A program made the translations under genes and the position numbers. Below the pieces are notes generated by a model. That model saw only the letters and a program-made list of their open reading frames with translations, did not search any database and was not told the origin of the DNA. Below, in pieces: positions 8,604 to 19,054 of a stretch of DNA of 56,510 nt (positions are counted from its first letter, which is position 1; each line of letters begins with the position of its first letter). Source of the DNA: Candidatus Omnitrophota bacterium (GTDB lineage: Bacteria > Omnitrophota > Gorgyraeia > Zapsychrales > JAHFFX01); the NCBI GenBank assembly GCA_023247755.1, contig JAHFFX010000001.1, positions 1 to 56,510 of the forward strand, in the 5' to 3' direction.

Positions 8604-9962
8604 TTAGGAGGATTTGGGAAATTGTTTGTAAACCCGAATTCCTTTGATCACATTAATGGCCGCCTGCACCTGATTGTCGTCCATCAGCTTTTTATGATTG
8701 TTGTCGTCCTGCTGTGTCTCTTCGGTTTTCTTGGTATTGTCGGATTCCTGTTTTTCCACATCGTCGAACACCTTATCGACGTCGGCTTCGGCCTCCTCCT
8801 TTTTGTCGGGCTTATGGGGAATATACTTCACCTCAACGTCGGGCGCGATGCCGATCCCGTGGATGCAAACTCCGGAAGGCGTGAAATACTTGCTGGTGGT
8901 CAGGCGCAGACCCGAGCCGTCCGGCAGAGGGATCACCGATTGAACGGACCCTTTGCCGAAAGATTTCTCACCGACGATGATGGCCCGGTGGTGGTCCTTG
9001 AGAGCTCCGGCGACGATCTCGCTGCCGGAAGCGCTGCCCTCATTGACGAGGACCGTCATGGGCCAACCGATGAACTCATTGGTGTTGTTGGTGGATTTAG
9101 AAACGGAGTTCTGGGATTCACGGCGGCCTTTCGTGGAGACGATGACCTCGCCGGCCGGAATGAAATCTTCCGCGATCTTGATGGCCACGTTCAGCAGCCC
9201 GCCCGGATTGTTCCTTAAATCCAGAATAAGACTGTCCGCTCCTTGCTCTTTGAGCTTTTTTAAGGCCTCGTGCAATTCCGTGTAGGAGTCTTCCCGGAAT
9301 TCGGTGAGTCTCACGTAGCCGATATTATCGGTCAGGATCTGTGGGTCCTTGACGTCCTGAACGTGGATCACTTCGCGCGTGATGGTGAAATCATGGATCT
9401 TGTAATCGTCCTCCCGCAGGACCGTGATCCTAACATCGGTCCCCGGTGCTCCGCGCAGCTTCTTGACCGCTTCGCTCAAGGTCAGGTCCTTGGTCAATTC
9501 GTCCTCGATCTTGACGATACGGTCGCCGGCCTTGATGCCCGCTTTCCAGGCCGGGGTGTCTTCGAGCGGCGTGATGACGGTGAGGATCCCGTCCCGGATG
9601 GAGATCTCGATCCCCAGGCCTCCGAATTTTCCCTGAGTCTCGGTCTTCAGTTCCTTGTAATCGTCCGGGGTCAGGAACTGGCTGTGCGGATCGAGTCCGG
9701 CGAGCATTCCCTTGAGGGAACCGTAGATCAGGTCCTTGGGCTTCTGCTCATCCACGTACTCCGATTGAATGGTGGTGAGGGCATAGCTGAAAAGTTCGAT
9801 CTGCGAGTACAGGTCCTCTTTTCCGTTGGCCTCCTCTTTGGGAGCGGCTGGCTCGTCTTTCTTCTCTTCTTTGGTTTTACTGTCCGGCTGGCACAACGCC
9901 GCGGTAATGAAAGAGAGAACAATCAAGGGAACGAGGAAAAATTGCAAGAGTCTTCTAACCAT
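8604..9962 (-). CDS. ctpA: carboxy-terminal processing (S41, tail-specific) protease with PDZ domain
   Basis: 452 aa with a signal peptide, a PDZ domain (GGLGIEISIRDGILTVITPLEDTPAWKAGIKAGDRIVKI), the catalytic Ser region VNEGSASGSEI and the Lys region SFGKGSVQ, plus a charged C-terminal tail. Confidence 0.9.
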   Translation of the reverse strand: MVRRLLQFFLVPLIVLSFITAALCQPDSKTKEEKKDEPAAPKEEANGKEDLYSQIELFSYALTTIQSEYVDEQKPKDLIYGSLKGMLAGLDPHSQFLTPDDYKELKTETQGKFGGLGIEISIRDGILTVITPLEDTPAWKAGIKAGDRIVKIEDELTKDLTLSEAVKKLRGAPGTDVRITVLREDDYKIHDFTITREVIHVQDVKDPQILTDNIGYVRLTEFREDSYTELHEALKKLKEQGADSLILDLRNNPGGLLNVAIKIAEDFIPAGEVIVSTKGRRESQNSVSKSTNNTNEFIGWPMTVLVNEGSASGSEIVAGALKDHHRAIIVGEKSFGKGSVQSVIPLPDGSGLRLTTSKYFTPSGVCIHGIGIAPDVEVKYIPHKPDKKEEAEADVDKVFDDVEKQESDNTKKTEETQQDDNNHKKLMDDNQVQAAINVIKGIRVYKQFPKSS

Positions 9963-11391
9963 CCGTGATCCTCCTTTTGATGATGTCGCCTAATAATTTC
10001 GGATTTGCCTTGCCCTGGGTTTTTTTCATGGCCTGTCCGACCAGAAACCCCATGGCGCTGTCTTTGCCTTCTTTGATCTGAGCCACGACCTTCTGGTTCT
10101 CATTGAGGATTGCTTCTACTATCTTTTCGAGCGCTCCGGTGTCCGAGACCTGGGCCAGGCCTTTTTCGGCGATGATGGTCTGGGCGTCCTTCCCGGTATC
10201 CAGCATCATGATCAGGACATCTTTCCCGACCAGGTTGCTGACGACGCCTTGTTCGACCTTTTCAATGAGGCCGATCAGGTTCTGCGGCGGCAGCTTAAGC
10301 TCCCCGATCCCGCATTTCCGGGAGTTCATTTCCTGCTGAACGGGGCCGATGATCCAGTTGCAGATCTTTTTCCAGTCCTTGTAACTCTCCGCGCAGCGCT
10401 CGAAGAAATCCGCGATGTGCGGGTCCTGGATAAGAATATGGGCGTCGTATTCCACAAGGGAATATCTCTTAAGAAGCCGTTCGAGTTTCGCGTGCGGCAT
10501 CTCCGGCATGTCCCGGCGGACCTCTTCGACGGCGTTGGGCGCGAGGCTGAACGGGACCAGGTCCGGTTCCGGGAAATAACGGTAATCGTGGGCCTCTTCC
10601 TTGCTGCGCATCGGGAAGGTCGCGGCCTTTTCATCGTTCCATAGCCGCGTTTCCTGGACGATCTTTTCTCCCGCGAGGATCATCGCCCGGTGGCGGTTCT
10701 CCTCGAACTCAAGGGCGCTCTTGACGGCCTTGAAGGAATTGAGGTTCTTGATCTCGGCCTTGACGCCGAACTCCTTTGCCCCCTTCTGTCGAACGGAGAC
10801 ATTGGCATCGCAGCGCAAACTGCCTTTTTCCATATCGCAGTCCGAAACATCCAGATACTGCAGGGTGAGCTTAAGGGCCGTGAGATAATCATACGCTTCC
10901 TGTGGCGTGCGCAGGTCGGGCTCGCTGACGATCTCCATCAAGGGGGTCCCGGTGCGATTATAGTCCACCAGGCTGCAATTATTGGCGCCGTCGTGAATGA
11001 GCTTGCCCGCGTCCTCCTCGAGGTGCGCCCGTTTGATGCCGATCTTCTTTTCCTGTCCTGCGGTCGAAACGACGATCGAGCCGTCATGGGCGATGGGAAG
11101 ATCGTATTGTGAGATCTGATAACCCTTCGGAAGATCGGGATAGTAATAGTTCTTGCGGTCGAATTTCACGACGGGGTTGATCTGCGCGTTGAGGGCCAGG
11201 GCCACCCGGATCGCGTATCGCAGGACCTTGCGGTTTAAGACGGGCAGGCTGCCGGGCAGGCCCAGGCAGACGGGACAGGTCAAGGTGTTGGGTTCATCCC
11301 CGAACCGGTTGGCGCAGCCGCAGAAGATCTTGGTCTCGGTCTTGAACTGCAGATGGACCTCGAGTCCGATGACCGTTTCAAATTCTTTCAT
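9955..11391 (-). CDS. gatB: Asp/Glu-tRNA(Asn/Gln) amidotransferase subunit B
   Basis: 478 aa with [26 protein letters not shown]... and a C-terminal GatB/YqeY domain. It is the last gene of the gatC-gatA-gatB operon. Confidence 0.97.
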   Translation of the reverse strand: MKEFETVIGLEVHLQFKTETKIFCGCANRFGDEPNTLTCPVCLGLPGSLPVLNRKVLRYAIRVALALNAQINPVVKFDRKNYYYPDLPKGYQISQYDLPIAHDGSIVVSTAGQEKKIGIKRAHLEEDAGKLIHDGANNCSLVDYNRTGTPLMEIVSEPDLRTPQEAYDYLTALKLTLQYLDVSDCDMEKGSLRCDANVSVRQKGAKEFGVKAEIKNLNSFKAVKSALEFEENRHRAMILAGEKIVQETRLWNDEKAATFPMRSKEEAHDYRYFPEPDLVPFSLAPNAVEEVRRDMPEMPHAKLERLLKRYSLVEYDAHILIQDPHIADFFERCAESYKDWKKICNWIIGPVQQEMNSRKCGIGELKLPPQNLIGLIEKVEQGVVSNLVGKDVLIMMLDTGKDAQTIIAEKGLAQVSDTGALEKIVEAILNENQKVVAQIKEGKDSAMGFLVGQAMKKTQGKANPKLLGDIIKRRITDG

Positions 11392-12830
11392 AGCGAGGTT
11401 CTTTCCTTGTGCCAGCCGGTGTTCTGTTCATAGGTGTAAGCGATCCGCAGGAGCGTTTCTTCGGCGAAAGGTTTCCCCAGGATCTGCAGGCCGATGGGAA
11501 GTTTCTCTTTGGAAAAGCCGCAGGGGATCGAGATCGCCGGAATGCCGGCCAGGTTCGCCGAGATCGTGTAAATGTCGGACAGGTACATGGACAAGGGGTC
11601 CGCGGCCTTCTCCCCGATCTTGAACGCGGTCGATGGCGAGGTCGGCGTGATCACCGCGTCGAACTCTTTGAACACGCTGTCGAAATCATTCTTGATGAGC
11701 GTGCGGACCTTGAGGCCACGCAGATAATAGGCGTCATAATAGCCGGAAGACAGCGCGTATGTCCCCAGCATGATGCGGCGCTTGGCCTCCCAGCCGAAGC
11801 CTTTGTCGCGCGTTTCTTCATACAGGTCGATGAGCGGGGTCTTGCGGGTCTTCTCCGGCTGCGCGCGCAGGCCGTATTGCACGCCGTCGAATCGGGCCAG
11901 GTTGGAGCTCGCTTCCGCTGTGGCCAGGATGTAATAGGTCGCCACCGCATATTCTGTGTGCGGCAGAGAAACTTCCGTAAAGACCGCTCCCGCCTTTCTT
12001 AAGACCTCCACCGCCGCATCGACGGCTTGCTTCACTTCCGGGTCCATCCCTTCGATGAAATACTCCTTTGGGATGCCGATCTTCATCCCCTTGACGTCCT
12101 TGATGAGCGCTTTCGTATAATCGGGCACCGGGACATCGGCCGAGGTGGAATCGCGTTCGTCGTGGCCGGCGATGAGGTTCATGAGGAGCGCGCAATCCGT
12201 CACGTCTTTGGTCAATGGACCGATCTGGTCGAGGCTTGAAGCGAACGCGATCAGGCCATAACGGGAAACGCGGCCATAGGTCGGTTTCAATCCCACGATC
12301 CCGCAAAAGGACGCCGGCTGGCGGATCGACCCTCCGGTGTCCGAACCGAGCGCCCAGATCGCTTCGTCGGCGGCCACCGCCGCCGCCGATCCGCCGCTCG
12401 ATCCGCCCGGGACGCGGTCCAGTCCCCAGGGGTTGCGGGTCGGGCCATAGGCCGAATTCTCCGTCGAAGAACCGAACGCGAACTCATCCATGTTGGCCTG
12501 GGCCTGGACGACACAGCCTTTCTGGCGGAGCTTCTCGATGACGGTGGCGGAATACGGCGGGCGAAAGCCTTTTAAGATTTTTGAAGCGCAGGTGGTCTCT
12601 TCCCCTTTGATGCAGATGTTGTCCTTGATGGTGATGGGCAGCGGCACGTTCGCGGCCGGATCGATCTCCGCAAGGACCGTTTTTTCGTCCCGGGTGCGGG
12701 CGAACGCTTTGACCTGCCCCTCTACGCTGGCGGTCCGTTCCGACAGGGATTGAAAGATATTCTGCGGGGTCGCGGCCTTGGACTTGATGAGGTCCAGTAG
12801 TTCGTGCGCGGTCAGCGGGAAAAGGTTCAT
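11388..12830 (-). CDS. gatA: Glu-tRNA(Gln) amidotransferase subunit A
   Basis: 480 aa with the amidase signature [13 protein letters not shown] and the catalytic region [13 protein letters not shown]. Confidence 0.97.
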   Translation of the reverse strand: MNLFPLTAHELLDLIKSKAATPQNIFQSLSERTASVEGQVKAFARTRDEKTVLAEIDPAANVPLPITIKDNICIKGEETTCASKILKGFRPPYSATVIEKLRQKGCVVQAQANMDEFAFGSSTENSAYGPTRNPWGLDRVPGGSSGGSAAAVAADEAIWALGSDTGGSIRQPASFCGIVGLKPTYGRVSRYGLIAFASSLDQIGPLTKDVTDCALLMNLIAGHDERDSTSADVPVPDYTKALIKDVKGMKIGIPKEYFIEGMDPEVKQAVDAAVEVLRKAGAVFTEVSLPHTEYAVATYYILATAEASSNLARFDGVQYGLRAQPEKTRKTPLIDLYEETRDKGFGWEAKRRIMLGTYALSSGYYDAYYLRGLKVRTLIKNDFDSVFKEFDAVITPTSPSTAFKIGEKAADPLSMYLSDIYTISANLAGIPAISIPCGFSKEKLPIGLQILGKPFAEETLLRIAYTYEQNTGWHKERTSL

Positions 12831-13111
12831 TCGATCACCTGCGGGACCTTAAAGCTCCCTTTGGCCTGGGCCGGGGCGATCCGGAGAGCTTCCACCTTGG
12901 TTAAGGACGGGCGCGTGCGGTCCTCCCGAAAGACGTCCTGAAGCGGCAGGACGTGGCTGGTGGGCGCAATCCCGGAAACATCAAGTTTCTTAAGTTTCTC
13001 GATGTAATCCAGAATGGCCGTGAGCGTCTTTTGAAAGACTTCGATCTCCTGGTCTTTCAGATCAATCCGGGAAAGGCTGGCGATGTAGCGGACTTCTTCT
13101 TTGGAAAGCAT
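12827..13111 (-). CDS. gatC: Asp/Glu-tRNA amidotransferase subunit C
   Basis: 94 aa with [22 protein letters not shown]... . There is a 4-nt overlap with gatA. Confidence 0.9.
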   Translation of the reverse strand: MLSKEEVRYIASLSRIDLKDQEIEVFQKTLTAILDYIEKLKKLDVSGIAPTSHVLPLQDVFREDRTRPSLTKVEALRIAPAQAKGSFKVPQVIE

Positions 13112-13145
13112 GGGTCCTTATAAAATTATTTTTAAAAACATTTTT

Positions 13146-13174
13146 ATATTAACACTAATCCTTTTTTCTAACAA
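13146..13174 (-). promoter_or_regulatory. candidate promoter for gatCAB (TTGTTA-17 nt-TAATAT)
   Basis: Read by eye on the minus strand in the AT-rich 89-nt gap upstream of gatC. Confidence 0.3.
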
Positions 13175-13200
13175 GGTGAAACTCAACAACCGTCCGGTTT

Positions 13201-13623
13201 CTATTGCAGTCGGATTTTAAGGTCTTCGGGGATGGGCGTGGGCTTGAAGCTTTGGTTGAGGCAGGCCAGGGCGACCTCCGCATCGGCCACGAGGCGGCCG
13301 CTGGATTTCTCGGTGATGGTCTGTTTGAAGATGAGTTGGGCCACGGTGGCCTCCTTGAGCTCGGCGTTACAGATGAGCGTCTCTCCATAGCGGGCGGGGC
13401 TGCGGTAGTTGATCGTGCATTTGCGGACCGCGTACATCAATCCGCGTTGATGAAAGTCGTTAACGCTCATACCTTTTGTTTCCAGGAATTCGGTGCGGGC
13501 CTCTTCGAGGTATTTGAGGTAATTCCCGTAATAAACGATCCCGCCGGCATCGGTGTCGTGATAGAAGATTCTTTTTTCCATGTTCTTAGCGGCTCCGATT
13601 TGCAATATGTCCACTTTTAACAT
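13201..13623 (-). CDS. YbgC/4HBT-family acyl-CoA thioesterase
   Basis: 140 aa with IFYHDTDAGGIVYYGNYLKYLEEARTEFL, the hot-dog fold thioesterase signature (catalytic Asp in the YxDTD context). Confidence 0.85.
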   Translation of the reverse strand: MLKVDILQIGAAKNMEKRIFYHDTDAGGIVYYGNYLKYLEEARTEFLETKGMSVNDFHQRGLMYAVRKCTINYRSPARYGETLICNAELKEATVAQLIFKQTITEKSSGRLVADAEVALACLNQSFKPTPIPEDLKIRLQ

Positions 13624-13785
13624 TCGACCGAGAAGGTGTCAAGCAACTTCAATGTTATTTTTTGCAATTTTCTTGTTGAGGGCCCAGGGGTATGTTATAT
13701 TGCAGCCGTAATCGAGCGAATATGCTTATCTTGTTCTTACTCTAAGGGAAACAGTAAATTTGAAGGACTGCGATAAGGATCAATC

Positions 13786-14199
13786 ATGCCGGAAATAACA
13801 CCCCCGCCAGCCGCATCCGCAACTTCCTCCAACGGTCAGGACCGAAGGTATTTCCCCCGCTGGGAAGTCAATAACCGCGTGATCTACCGCAAAGGGACCG
13901 AATCGTTCTATCGCGAGTGTTGCAGCAAGGACATCTCCTGCGATGGTGCGTCGCTCTTCTGTCAGGAGCGTTTGGACGGCGATGGCATATTGGTCCTGGT
14001 GCTTTTTCTCTCAGAGGACGTTGCGATCTATGTCCAGGGCCGAGTGCTCTGGAACCAGCCTAACGGTGTCAGGAACGTTGTGGGGGTCCGTTTCAGCAAT
14101 ATCTCCGAGAAGTCGCAGGATATGATCCTCAAGCATTCATTCAATCTTAAGAAAGAGAAACTAAAAAAGGATTGGTTCGAAGGGTGGAATAAGCTTTAG
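13786..14199 (+). CDS. PilZ-domain c-di-GMP receptor (stand-alone)
   Basis: 137 aa. Both PilZ binding motifs are present: RxxxR (QDRRYFPR) and D/NxSxxG (DISCDG). This is the only plus-strand gene I accept in the window. Confidence 0.8.
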   Translation: MPEITPPPAASATSSNGQDRRYFPRWEVNNRVIYRKGTESFYRECCSKDISCDGASLFCQERLDGDGILVLVLFLSEDVAIYVQGRVLWNQPNGVRNVVGVRFSNISEKSQDMILKHSFNLKKEKLKKDWFEGWNKL

Positions 14200-14215
14200 G
14201 CGTTTGGAATCGGAC

Positions 14216-14267
14216 AGGGGCAGGCGACATTTTCCCGATGTTCTGCAGGAAAATGTCGCCTGCCCCT
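14216..14267. terminator. bidirectional hairpin between convergent PilZ gene and rsmA
   Basis: Perfect 20-bp inverted repeat AGGGGCAGGCGACATTTTCC / GGAAAATGTCGCCTGCCCCT with a 12-nt loop, between the two stop codons. Confidence 0.7.
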
Positions 14268-14276
14268 CCTGTTTCC

Positions 14277-15137
14277 CTAAGTGTTCGTCTCCGGAATTTT
14301 TAAGGCCAATTGGTTGGCCAGCCGGGAGAAATCCTTGAGGCTGAGAGTTTCACAGCGGGCTTGAGGATTTAAGCCCAGGTTTTTGAGGACGGCCCATAAC
14401 GTTTCTTTGGGCGTGTGGTCGGAAAGAGCGTTGACCAGGGTTTTTCTTCGCTGTTGGAATGCGATGCGGATCAGCTCGAAGAGTAACTTCACATCCGCGA
14501 CCTCCACCGGCGGCTGCGCGAGGACGTTCATTTCCAGAAAACAGGAATCCACTTTGGGGACGGGTTGAAAGCATCCCGCCGGGATCTTGAAAAGGATCTT
14601 CGGGGTGCAGTGGTATTGGACGAAATGAGTGAAGGCCCCGATGGTCTTGTTGCCGGGGACCGCGCAGAGGCGTTCGCCCAATTCCCACTGCACGGTGAAG
14701 AACAGGTCCCGGAAGTGTTGTTTGTTCTCCAGCAGACGCGCGATGATGGCCGAGCTGATGTAGTACGGGAGATTGCCGACGACCTTCAGGCCGTTCGGCA
14801 AATGCTGCAGGTCGAGTTTGAGGATATCGGCGTGCAGGACCGTGACGTTAGTGTCCGCAAATCTTTTCTGCAAAGTGTCGACCAACCGCCGGTCGGTCTC
14901 AACCGCCAGGACCTTTCCCGCGCGTTGCGCCAGCTGTTCCGTCAGTATCCCCTGCCCCGCGCCGATCTCGAGGACCGTTTCGGCTGAAGAGATCCGGCAG
15001 GCTTCGATGATCTTGCGGATGACGTTGGGATCATGCAGAAAGTTCTGCCCCAGGGATTTCTTTGCCGCAAATGGATTCTTTTTTTGGGAAGGCCGAGGAC
15101 GGGAACGAACTGAGGACCGGCGGCGGGAAGTGCGCAT
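14277..15137 (-). CDS. rsmA: 16S rRNA (adenine1518/1519-N6)-dimethyltransferase
   Basis: 286 aa with KKSLGQNFLHDPNVIRKI and the SAM motif VLEIGAGQGILT, plus an Arg/Ser-rich N-terminal extension. Confidence 0.95.
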   Translation of the reverse strand: MRTSRRRSSVRSRPRPSQKKNPFAAKKSLGQNFLHDPNVIRKIIEACRISSAETVLEIGAGQGILTEQLAQRAGKVLAVETDRRLVDTLQKRFADTNVTVLHADILKLDLQHLPNGLKVVGNLPYYISSAIIARLLENKQHFRDLFFTVQWELGERLCAVPGNKTIGAFTHFVQYHCTPKILFKIPAGCFQPVPKVDSCFLEMNVLAQPPVEVADVKLLFELIRIAFQQRRKTLVNALSDHTPKETLWAVLKNLGLNPQARCETLSLKDFSRLANQLALKIPETNT

Positions 15138-15144
15138 GGGGGCC

Positions 15145-16089
15145 TCAGCGGCTCAGCCGGTCCGCGAGCCGGATGGCTTCGATCATGGACCCGGGGTTGG
15201 CTTTATTCTTTCCGGCGATATTGAAAGCGACGCCATGCGCCGGCGAGGTGCGGATGAACGGCAACCCCAAGGTCAAGTTGACCAGGGATGTCCATTCGAG
15301 GGATTTGATCGCGATGAGCCCCTGGTCATGGTACATCGCGACGATGGCGTCGAAGGTGCCGGCCACTTCCGGGGTGAAGGCGGTATCGCCGGCCAGCGGC
15401 CCCGCTACGCTCATCCCGCGCCGGCGGGCCTGGCGAATGGCCGGCAGTATCTTGAGAATTTCCTCTTTGCCGATGGTCCCTCCCTCTCCCGCGTGAGGGT
15501 TGAGGCCGCAGACCCCGATGGTCGGTTTTCGGATATGGAACATTTTTTTGAGGGCTTCGTCCACCAGTTCGATGGATTCCAGAACGTTTCGCGTATTGAT
15601 GGCGGAGCTTACCGCGGATAAGGGGATGTGCCGGGTGACCAGAATGGTTCTTAGGCGTTCTCCTATGAACATCATGCCGAAGCGCCGCACTCCGAAATGG
15701 TCCGCGAGGTATTCCGTGTGCCCGTGGAACGGAAGTCCCAGCAGATTCACGGCCTCCTTGCAGACCGGACCGGTCACCAGACCGCGCAATTGTTTTCTTT
15801 TGAGCAATTCAATGGCAAAGTCGAGGGTGCGGATGGATGCCCTTGCGGCGGCTGGACTGATCTTGCCCGCGGCCAGCCGCCCTCCCGGAACACATTTAAG
15901 ATCGATGAATGTCGCGTTGCCCGGGAGCCTGCCTCCGTAACGGCGAAAGATGTCCTGGTCGCCGATGAGGACGAGATCCTTGATTTTGCGGATGGATGCC
16001 GCTCTTAACGACTTGGCGATCACCTCGGGTCCGATCCCGGCCGGGTCCCCCAGCGTGATGCCCAGCGGTCTAATTCTTGATTTCGACAT
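15145..16089 (-). CDS. pdxA: 4-hydroxythreonine-4-phosphate dehydrogenase
   Basis: 314 aa with GLNPHAGEGG, MYHDQGL and SPAHGVAFNIAGKNKANP motifs. The surA-pdxA-rsmA order matches the classical E. coli operon. Confidence 0.93.
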   Translation of the reverse strand: MSKSRIRPLGITLGDPAGIGPEVIAKSLRAASIRKIKDLVLIGDQDIFRRYGGRLPGNATFIDLKCVPGGRLAAGKISPAAARASIRTLDFAIELLKRKQLRGLVTGPVCKEAVNLLGLPFHGHTEYLADHFGVRRFGMMFIGERLRTILVTRHIPLSAVSSAINTRNVLESIELVDEALKKMFHIRKPTIGVCGLNPHAGEGGTIGKEEILKILPAIRQARRRGMSVAGPLAGDTAFTPEVAGTFDAIVAMYHDQGLIAIKSLEWTSLVNLTLGLPFIRTSPAHGVAFNIAGKNKANPGSMIEAIRLADRLSR

Positions 16090-17008
16090 AGGCTCCTTTG
16101 CGCAGTTTCGCGAGCCATTCTTCGTAGCGGGATTTGAATTTCTTCTGGAAGATCTGGTTGTAGATGGAATCCTTGACCTCTTCGAGCGGGGCGGTTTCGG
16201 CCGGGAATTTTGCTTTGACCTTCACGATGTAGACGCCTTTTTCCGTTTCCAGGGCCGAAGAAATATCTTCTGGGTTGAGCGCGAAGATGGCGTTTTCCAA
16301 CTGCGGCAGGAGCTTGCCCTTTTCCACGACGCCGATGGACGGCGCTTTCGAATACTCTTTGGCGACCTCCTCCCAGTTCGCGCCGGAGCGGAGCTTCCCT
16401 AACGCCGCATCCGCCGTGATGGCCCAGGTCTTTTTCGGTTCGTCAAACGGGATGAAGATGGATTCCAGGTCCGCCCGCTCGGGCTTGTGGAACTCTTCGG
16501 GATGGTTCTGGTAGTATTGGGTCACTTCCTGTGGATTGACGAAGATCTTCTTGCGGACTTCGCGATCGACCAGGAACTTGGCCTTGGACTGTTCGGTGAT
16601 CCTTTTGTAAAGTTCGGAGACGGTCATCCCGTCCTTGACGAGGGCATCGAGGAACTGCCTTTCCGAAGGGTATTTCTTTTTCATCCCCTGGATCTTCTCC
16701 TCGATGTACCCTTCCCTAAGGGTCATGCCGATCCGGTTGGCCTCATTGACCAGGAGCCGTTGTTCGATGAGCTTGTTGAGCCCGTCGGTCTCGAACTGGT
16801 GCATGGTGCTCTCGATGTCGGCGGGGTCCTTGCCCTCGGAAAGCAGTTGGATATACACGGCATGCAGGAAGTCCTGCAGGTCCTTGAGGGTGATGACGTC
16901 GTCATTGACGATGGCGATGATGGTGTCGTTGACGGCCCCGGCGCCCCGGCCGCCGGAAAGAAGCAACGATAGGACTAAGATCCCCCGGAAAAGCATTTTA
17001 TTTTTCAT
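16070..17008 (-). CDS. surA: SurA-like periplasmic chaperone / parvulin PPIase
   Basis: 312 aa with a signal peptide, a SurA-N-like domain (IIAIVNDDVITLKDL) and one parvulin domain. Confidence 0.75.
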   Translation of the reverse strand: MKNKMLFRGILVLSLLLSGGRGAGAVNDTIIAIVNDDVITLKDLQDFLHAVYIQLLSEGKDPADIESTMHQFETDGLNKLIEQRLLVNEANRIGMTLREGYIEEKIQGMKKKYPSERQFLDALVKDGMTVSELYKRITEQSKAKFLVDREVRKKIFVNPQEVTQYYQNHPEEFHKPERADLESIFIPFDEPKKTWAITADAALGKLRSGANWEEVAKEYSKAPSIGVVEKGKLLPQLENAIFALNPEDISSALETEKGVYIVKVKAKFPAETAPLEEVKDSIYNQIFQKKFKSRYEEWLAKLRKGAYVEIKN

Positions 17009-18893
17009 TTTGCGTGACCTTGGTTGATTTTAGGAATTCCACGGATTCTTTCAACATGCGGCAGTAAAGATCGAACCCGATGTGGCTGATATACCCGTGC
17101 TGCTGCTGGCCGAGGAGATTTCCCGCGCCCCGGATCTGCAGGTCCTCGAAGGCGATCTGAAAACCCGCTCCCAGATCGCTGAATTTCTCCAAGGCCTTCA
17201 TGCGGGACTTCGCGTCGTATGACAACACATCCTTTGGGGGCACGATGAAATAGGCGAAAGCTTTTTGAGTGAAGCGTCCGACCCTTCCCCGCAGCTGGTG
17301 CAGGTCCGCCAGACCCATCCGGTCCGCCCGGTTGACGATCAGGGTGTTTGCGTTGGGAACGTCGATGCCGGATTCGATGATCGTCGTGCATACCAGGATG
17401 TCGATGTCACCGGAAAGAAATCTTAGCATAATTTCCTCGAGTTGTCTTCCCGGCATTTGACCATGTGCGATCTCGACCTTGGCCTTGGGGACCAGGCGGC
17501 CAACGCATCTTGCCATCTTTTCGATGTCCTCCACCCGGTTGTGCAGAAAGAACGCCTGTCCTTTTCGGCGCAGTTCCTTTTCCAGGGCCAGCTGTATGAT
17601 GTCCTCGTCGAATTCGATGAGGTGGGTCATCACGGGGATGCGGTTTTGCGGCGGGGTCGTGATGACCGACATGTCCCGCGCCCCGGAAAGCGACAGGTAG
17701 AGCGTCCGCGGGATCGGGGTCGCCGTCATCGTGAGCACATCCACGAGGAGCCGGAAGTGTTTGAGCCGTTCCTTCGCCCGCACTCCGAAACGCTGTTCCT
17801 CATCGATGATGACCAGGCCCAGGTCCTTGAAACCGATGTCCTTGGAAAGCAGACGGTGCGTGCCGATGACCATGTCCACCGTGCCGGCTTGCAGGCCCCG
17901 CACGATCTCATGCTGCTCGCCGCGGGTGCGAAAACGCGAAAGCATCGCGACCTTTACCGGAAAGTCCTTCAGGCGTTTGCTGAAATTGTAATGGTGTTGT
18001 TCGGCCAGGATCGTCGTGGGAACGAGGATCGCGACCTGTTTGCCGTCCAGGACCGCCTTGAAGGCGGCGCGCAGCGCGACCTCGGTTTTGCCGTAGCCCA
18101 CATCCCCGCACAGCAGGCGGTCCATCGGATGCGGCGATTCCATATCGGTCTTCACCTCCCGCATCGACTTGATCTGGTCGGGGGTTTCTTTAAAGGGAAA
18201 TGTTTTTTCGAATTCCGCCTGCCAGGAAGTGTCCTTGCCGAAGGCGTGCCCGGGGAGGCTCGCGCGCACCGCTTGCGTGTGCAGCAGTTCCGCCGCCAGC
18301 AGCTGAATGCGTTTCTGAATATGGTTCTTGACCCGCTGCCATTCGCGGGAACCGAGCTTGTAAAGCCGGGGCGGCGTTTTGGTGAACCCGGCGTATTTCT
18401 GGACCAGGTGCATATCGTGCCGGGGCACGAACAGCTTGTCCCCGCCGCGGTATTCGATGATGAGGTGTTCCTGCAGCTTGGCGGGGGTCTCTTCCCCGGT
18501 CACTCCGAGGAATTTCCCGATGCCGTGCTGGTTGTGGACGACGTAATCGCCCTTCTCGATGTCGACGAAGAAATTGAGCGGGGTCTCGGAGGAGAAGAAC
18601 GCCGAGCGTTCCTTCTTTTTGATGGGAAGGATGAAGACGATCTGATGCGTCCAGGTGGGTTCGCCGGTGAGAAGATTGAAGCTTTGGATGGAGCTTAGGG
18701 TGTCGTCGGCCAGTTCCAGGCGCAGCGGATCATCGAAGTTGACCGGGAAGATATCGACGATCCCGCCGCGCGAGGCATACTCCCCCATCTGATTCACCTT
18801 GGTGGCTTTTTCATAACCGAGGGCGACCAGTTGGGCCAGCAATTGGTCGAGATCGAGGGTCTGCTGAGCGAAGAGCTTGAGGGATTGGAACAT
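16998..18893 (-). CDS. mfd: transcription-repair coupling factor, compact form (CarD/RID + translocase + TRG; lacks most N-terminal module and C-terminal D7)
   Basis: 631 aa. Contains [14 protein letters not shown], the CarD_TRCF/RNAP-interacting motif [16 protein letters not shown], helicase motifs ([31 protein letters not shown]) and a TRG region ([19 protein letters not shown]). It ends ~25 aa after the TRG region. Confidence 0.85.
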   Translation of the reverse strand: MFQSLKLFAQQTLDLDQLLAQLVALGYEKATKVNQMGEYASRGGIVDIFPVNFDDPLRLELADDTLSSIQSFNLLTGEPTWTHQIVFILPIKKKERSAFFSSETPLNFFVDIEKGDYVVHNQHGIGKFLGVTGEETPAKLQEHLIIEYRGGDKLFVPRHDMHLVQKYAGFTKTPPRLYKLGSREWQRVKNHIQKRIQLLAAELLHTQAVRASLPGHAFGKDTSWQAEFEKTFPFKETPDQIKSMREVKTDMESPHPMDRLLCGDVGYGKTEVALRAAFKAVLDGKQVAILVPTTILAEQHHYNFSKRLKDFPVKVAMLSRFRTRGEQHEIVRGLQAGTVDMVIGTHRLLSKDIGFKDLGLVIIDEEQRFGVRAKERLKHFRLLVDVLTMTATPIPRTLYLSLSGARDMSVITTPPQNRIPVMTHLIEFDEDIIQLALEKELRRKGQAFFLHNRVEDIEKMARCVGRLVPKAKVEIAHGQMPGRQLEEIMLRFLSGDIDILVCTTIIESGIDVPNANTLIVNRADRMGLADLHQLRGRVGRFTQKAFAYFIVPPKDVLSYDAKSRMKALEKFSDLGAGFQIAFEDLQIRGAGNLLGQQQHGYISHIGFDLYCRMLKESVEFLKSTKVTQNEK

Positions 18894-18921
18894 GGGTCAT
18901 TTAATAGAAGAATCTATTGGA

Positions 18922-19054
18922 AATGACCAATAACCAAATATCAAGTTCCAAACAAATCCCAATTTCCAAATTTCAAATTCCAAACAGTTGTTTTGGGGTT
19001 TGAATTTTGGTGCTTGGAATTTGTTTGGAGTTTGGTGCTTGGAATTTGGTCATT
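18922..19054. repeat. ~130-nt imperfect palindrome built from CCAAA/TTTGG-rich units, between secDF stop and mfd start
   Basis: The left arm AATGACCAA...TCCAAACAAAT...TTCAAA is mirrored by TTTGAA...ATTTGTTTGGA...TTGGTCATT. The right arm also contains a direct repeat, TTTGGTGCTTGGAATTTG, twice (19006-19023 and 19031-19048). It overlaps the secDF stop codon. Confidence 0.7.
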
